Shown piece after piece: positions 59,135 to 64,000 of a DNA stretch of 64,000 nucleotides (the stretch's first letter is position 1; each line of letters begins with the position of its first letter). The DNA comes from Isurus oxyrinchus (taxonomy: Eukaryota), in contig JANJGN010000037.1 in NCBI GenBank assembly GCA_026770705.1, positions 496,001 to 560,000 on the forward strand, given 5' to 3'. The notes under the pieces are model-generated. The model ran no database searches. It was not told where the DNA came from and was given only the letters and a program-made list of their open reading frames with translations. Made by a program: the position numbers and the translations under genes.

Positions 59135-59976
59135 ACAGTTTCATAATATTTTTTTCTGGTTTATTGTGAAGTAATCTTATGGGGTCAGTATAGTTGGGTC
59201 TGTCTGTGTGTAACTCATCAAAAGAAGCTGGGTGCTTGACATGCTAATGAGTAAACATGGAACCTGGATTAGCATGTAAGGTGTGAAAGGAATTTGCATT
59301 TTTAGATAAATGAAGGGATATTTGGATTTCAACGGTATCTCAATCTGTTTTCAACTAGCCAGATAAGCAAGGCTAAGGAACATGTCTATTTTTCCCAAAG
59401 ATTACTGGAAATAGTGGCAACATGGGGTTTTTTTATATTGTGAAGAAGATACAATTCCATCGACATCTGGGTCTATAGAATTTACATATCAAGAAGAGAG
59501 AAACATATATAAAGGAGAATTAAATGATATGTTCAAAAAGGCCATGTAAGATCTAACAGGAGTGTGTGAAATGGCCTCAATGAAGCCTTCAGCATTTTTG
59601 TGTAAGTCTGCTGTCTAACTAAACGGGAGTTGAAGAAAAGCCATATGGCATTCCATTGTCCAGGATATTGTGTTAACTTGCTGAATCTGCTTTAATTCCA
59701 AAATCTATTTCAGACCTTAAAGGGTGTGTAACTGAGGGGGTCAGGTTAATTAGTAACTTTGAGGAGTTTTTATACTGCTATTTGTAGTCTTATGCATGTG
59801 CTTGACATCTTTATTTTTAATATTATTATTTTTTTAATTTCTAAATGTCCTGGCAGGCATGTTGCTTCTGAATTCAGTGCACACATCTCGTAATAAATAC
59901 AAATGCAAAACCCTTGTGACAACACGACCAACTATCCCTCTTGGATTTGGTCCATACATTCTGCCACGTCATAACA
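59135..59976. mobile_element. Solo-LTR-like element related to 14932-15836
   Basis: Shared blocks atgctaa..agtaaacatgg, atttgcatttttag and ccaaagattactg; ends CATAACA. Confidence 0.6.
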
Positions 59977-62189
59977 GTCCCTCACACACCCTGATCAATT
60001 AACACCTGTACCCTTTATAGCTGATGGATTTCTTGACATTTTGAGTCCCACCTGAGTTGAGTATTAAGTCAGATTTCATGCTTTCTGGAGCAAAACTGAA
60101 TGTGATTCAGTGAAAAGGAATAGACACTTTCTGTCAGAAAGGGGCAGCTAATTTCTGCACAGGAAACACCCAGAAACAACAATGTGAACCTGCTTTGGGA
60201 TGATGATTGAGTGTTCGGGGCCATAACTCCAATGCTCGTGTGTCTTCAGCACAGCGCAATGGGGTCACTTTGGATAAAATAAGAGGTTGGGCAGGGCCTT
60301 GTTTATCATCATTTTTTAAGGGCTGCACCTACAATCGTGCAGCCGTCCCTCAGGACTGTACTGGAGTGTCAACCCTCTTTCTTAGACACAAATTCTGGCA
60401 CAGGTTTTGGGGACATAAACTTATTTTTCAAAGGCAAATGCGACCGAATCAGCCCCAGTGAAACAAATCGCCCAATCCACAGCTACAGGACTGGGGCAAT
60501 TATGAGGTCATCCCCCGGCAGGTCACGTGACAGTTGGGACCACAATGCATCACCACCAGGTTTGTGACTTGATTCAAACCCAAAATCCTGTCACAATGAC
60601 TTTTCAAATAAATATGTCGTCGACTTGCCAACACAGCAGTAACACTTTCTGCCTAACCATGAGGAGAGCTAGGGAGACATGTATAAAACTAAATGCTTTA
60701 ATAAAATAGTTCGAAAATCATTTAGGCTGAAATTCTGTGAGGAACAGTCAAGTTATTATTGAGAACTCTTCTCAGAGAACTTGCTTGGACACGAGAGAAA
60801 TCAGGCAAAGAATCCGAGTAAATCGACACCAGCAAACAAGTTGCCATCAAAACTGGATCAACTCCCGTGAAGAACAATGAGTAAATTCTGAGAGCTCCGT
60901 GCATCATCAGTTGACCAAGTAGAGATATTGCCTGGATAAAGCATTCTATTCAGGACAGGATTATTGAACTGAGTCGAATACACAAGACTTTGCACAACAA
61001 GTCAGTCATCTCTAGATTGAATTTGACAACTTCCAGTTTGTTGCAAGATGAAATTCATATAAATTATAATTACAGTACAAATGAGTTGAAAATTCCAGCA
61101 CAAACGTTGCTTTCAGGTGAATTAAGTGGGACAATGAAATTACAACCAAGAACTCAATTGACCTGGGAGCTCAACACAGAAAAAGTTAATTGCAGAGTGA
61201 AGAGTTTATAATGTGGATTTGTTGAAAGTGGAGAGTAGGTTTAGAGGGGGAATGAGTTGCTTTGTAAATCAAACCGAGAGACAACAGCAAAGATACAAGC
61301 AGGAAGGGGCAGAACATTCTAAATAACGAAAACTTTTATTAAACAGGCAGCTCATTTCAGTGTAATATCGGGACAGCTGAGAGCTGTTGACTACACATCC
61401 TGTGCTGTGTTGGAAATCCAAAAACAGGCTGATGATAGATGTCAGATTCATAATAAATTAGGGAACCAAGCGGAATACAGGAAGTGCAGAGCAGAGCTCA
61501 AAAAGTTAACTTGAACAGCAGAGAGAGTGTATGAGAAAATATTAGCAAGTAACACAAGGTAACACTGAAAGCTCTTAACAACAAATGAACAGTCACTGAA
61601 AGGGAGGCTGTGGAGGCAGAGGGGATGGCTGAAGCTCTACATGGCAGGAGACATTAAATGGCGAAAGAATTGGTGCTACATGGAAAAAGGGAGAAGTAAA
61701 GGAACAAGTAACAAAAAGCTGAGATGTGTCGAAAAGAGGTGTGAATGGAAAAATGAGGAGCAGCTGCCAACCGAAAGCAAACACAACAGAAAAATGAGGT
61801 TAAAACCAAATGTGAAAAAAGGAGTCAAAATGGGGACAGAAGTTACAGTTTGAAGAAATTTAGAGATTTGAACAGCTGTAGGTCATTCAGCCCTTCGAGT
61901 CTATTCAGCCATTAAACACGATCATGGCTGATCTGATTGTGCCCTCACCCCCACTTTCCTGCCTGTGTCCCGCAACCCTTGACTCCCTCATAGAATCTGT
62001 GCAACTCAGCCTTGAATATATTCAATTATCGAGCCTGCACTGCTCTCTGGGGAAGATAATTCAAAGGCCAATGATCCACTGAAACTAAATTACTTCTCAT
62101 CTCCATCGTAAATAGGGGACCCATTATTTTATAAACTGTGTCCCCTAGTTCGCACTGCAAGTGTAATTCTTAGTACAGTTGTGATTGTT

Positions 62190-63670
62190 TATTAAGTGTT
62201 GTCCAATTGCGGAATGAGAGCATGGAGTAATGAACTGCCTGGTGGAGTATATGGTAGGATTTGTCCTCATGGTTCACTGTGTGCACGTATACATGGGTTG
62301 TCAAAGACCCAGAAAAGTGATGTCCCTTTACATCTTATCCCATCATTGACTGATTCTTCACAATATGAATTGGCCAAATGGCTGAGTGAGTTGCTGCAAA
62401 CAGTTCTGAGCAAGTTTTCCACATACATGGTGAAGGGATTCTTCTCCTTTGTGAAGCCCATACAGGACTTGCATATTGATAGCAATGCCGTTTGCATGTG
62501 CTTGTTGCTTGTTTGACTTTGCTAGCCTCTTGATTAATGTACCACTCAAGGAAGCCATTCACATATGCACCATGTCATTATTTCATGATGATCTAGTCTC
62601 ACTGCCATTGTCTGAATCTGTATTCAATGAACATATGAACTCAAAACAAAAACAAAAACAATATGAACTCAGCAACCCATGCAGTTCATTTCACTTTTAA
62701 TGGCACCATGTATGCCCAAAGAGATAATGTTGCCATGGGACACCCTCTAGGCCCAGCTCTTGTAAACATCTTTGCACATTTCCACGAGAAATGTATCTTC
62801 AGGAAATGATCCCTAAAATCCTATCCCTTTCCTTTTTCTCATACACAAATTACACGTTTTCTATATCTGCATCTGCAGCTACATGTAAAACATTCCTGTG
62901 ACACCTTAATGGGCTCTAACCGGTTCTATTCTCATTGAAATTGACCAGTCAAACGAGCCCCCTTTCCTCAATGTACTATATGAGAAATCTGCCAATGCAT
63001 TCTCTACTACTGTCTACTGCTAGCTCAATGCCTCTGTTGGGATTCCTACAGTTCCATGCGGTATAAGATAGGTCTTGTCGGCAAACGGATAGGTAGGGAC
63101 CAGGCCATTTGCTAATCATGCAACATGATGCCAAAATCAGGCACTTCAAAGCTAGCTTGCGGAATAATGGCTCCATCGATCAAATAATTGCTCACTGTAT
63201 ATCACACAAACTCATCAATGGGTCTAAGCCCGTTCTGAAAAGTCTGTTCTGAAAAGTGGCCAGTCTACCTCACATAACCCTGGAATGGCTGATATCTCAG
63301 AAATGTGAACAATTAATAAGCTACCCATTTCACAATGCTACTATGCAGTAGCAACACGAGTGGCATTCTCCACTAACAGGTTGCTGCTGTCAAGACTAAA
63401 ACTATGTTCTGCCAACAACACAAATACCTAATGTTGTATATGAATTTCAGTGTCAGTGTGACGTGAGGTCTGTGGCCATATGCCCCAATGGCTGTTGGGT
63501 CGTACCAAACAGCTTAGGTCTTCAGCTCCTCACAACAGGCAAGGTACTGAGCATACTCACCAAGATCCTGCTTGAAAAGCTCATAACATAGTGTCCAACA
63601 TTGGGTGTGATTTCACAGAAGGACAATACTTACTGACCAATGCCTATTGTGCTAAGAATTACACGAACAT
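62190..63670 (+). mobile_element. Old Penelope-like element of a second family (RT + GIY-YIG), decayed
   Basis: IHGLSKTQKSDVPL, FDFASLLINVPLKEAI, gttgccatgggacaccctctaggcccagct (VAMG.PLGPA) and aatgttgtatatgaatttcagtgtcagtgt (NVVYEFQCQC). Confidence 0.8.
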
Positions 63671-63671
63671 C

Positions 63672-64000
63672 TGTTATGATCCCGGCTGATGGTAAAAGTG
63701 GATAAGTCAGTTTCCGGAGTGAAACCTGGCTTGATAGAACGCAACATGTGTAGGATGTGGGAAAAGTTTCTGAAGAAATTCACAGGTATTTGCTCATGAA
63801 CTTTGAACACAAAGAATAAAATATTTATCAAAACAGGAAAAACAAACTACATTAACCAGACAAAACAGTCAGAAAGATCACAATACAAACAAAAGAAAAT
63901 GATTCAATTTCTCAATATTCCTTTGCCCAGCAATATCTTTACAGATGGATAAACCAGTGAAGAGTTACCACGGGCTTGTCACAAAGGCTTCTTTGTTGGG
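63672..64000. mobile_element. Possible LTR terminus, running off the window
   Basis: Abrupt start TGTTATG, like the other LTR termini here, interrupting the PLE. Confidence 0.35.

Larger units (their letters stand above)
55030..61640 (+). repeat. Second copy of duplication unit B
   Basis: Collinear with 8390-16720; extra segments at 56455-57210 and ~58295-60660. Confidence 0.85.

Overview
Eukaryotic, repeat-dense, non-coding DNA. The repeat families (CR1/HER1-type LINEs, DeuSINE, Penelope) point to a cartilaginous fish such as a shark, which is an inference. No intact host protein-coding gene is visible; the long ORFs are decayed CR1, CR1/Jockey-group, RTE or Penelope retroelement fragments. 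The window is a dispersed tRNA gene cluster expanded by kb-scale direct and inverted duplications. Three to four genes look functional (Leu-CAG, intron-containing Arg-TCT, Pro-TGG, possibly Pro-CGG) and about 11 are pseudogenes. Main finding: canonical-position (37/38) introns of 17-19 nt in tRNA isotypes not normally intron-containing in vertebrates, namely three tRNA-Pro copies (TGG intact, CGG near-intact, TGG decayed) and a tRNA-Arg(TCG) relic. Also present: minimal hammerhead ribozyme motifs in Penelope tails, fold-back elements made of two inverted Penelope tails, a tandem repeat of a tRNA-like unit at the left edge, a ~40-bp satellite, and solo LTRs, one with a paralogous empty site. 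tRNA coordinates were read by hand; TE and duplication boundaries are approximate.
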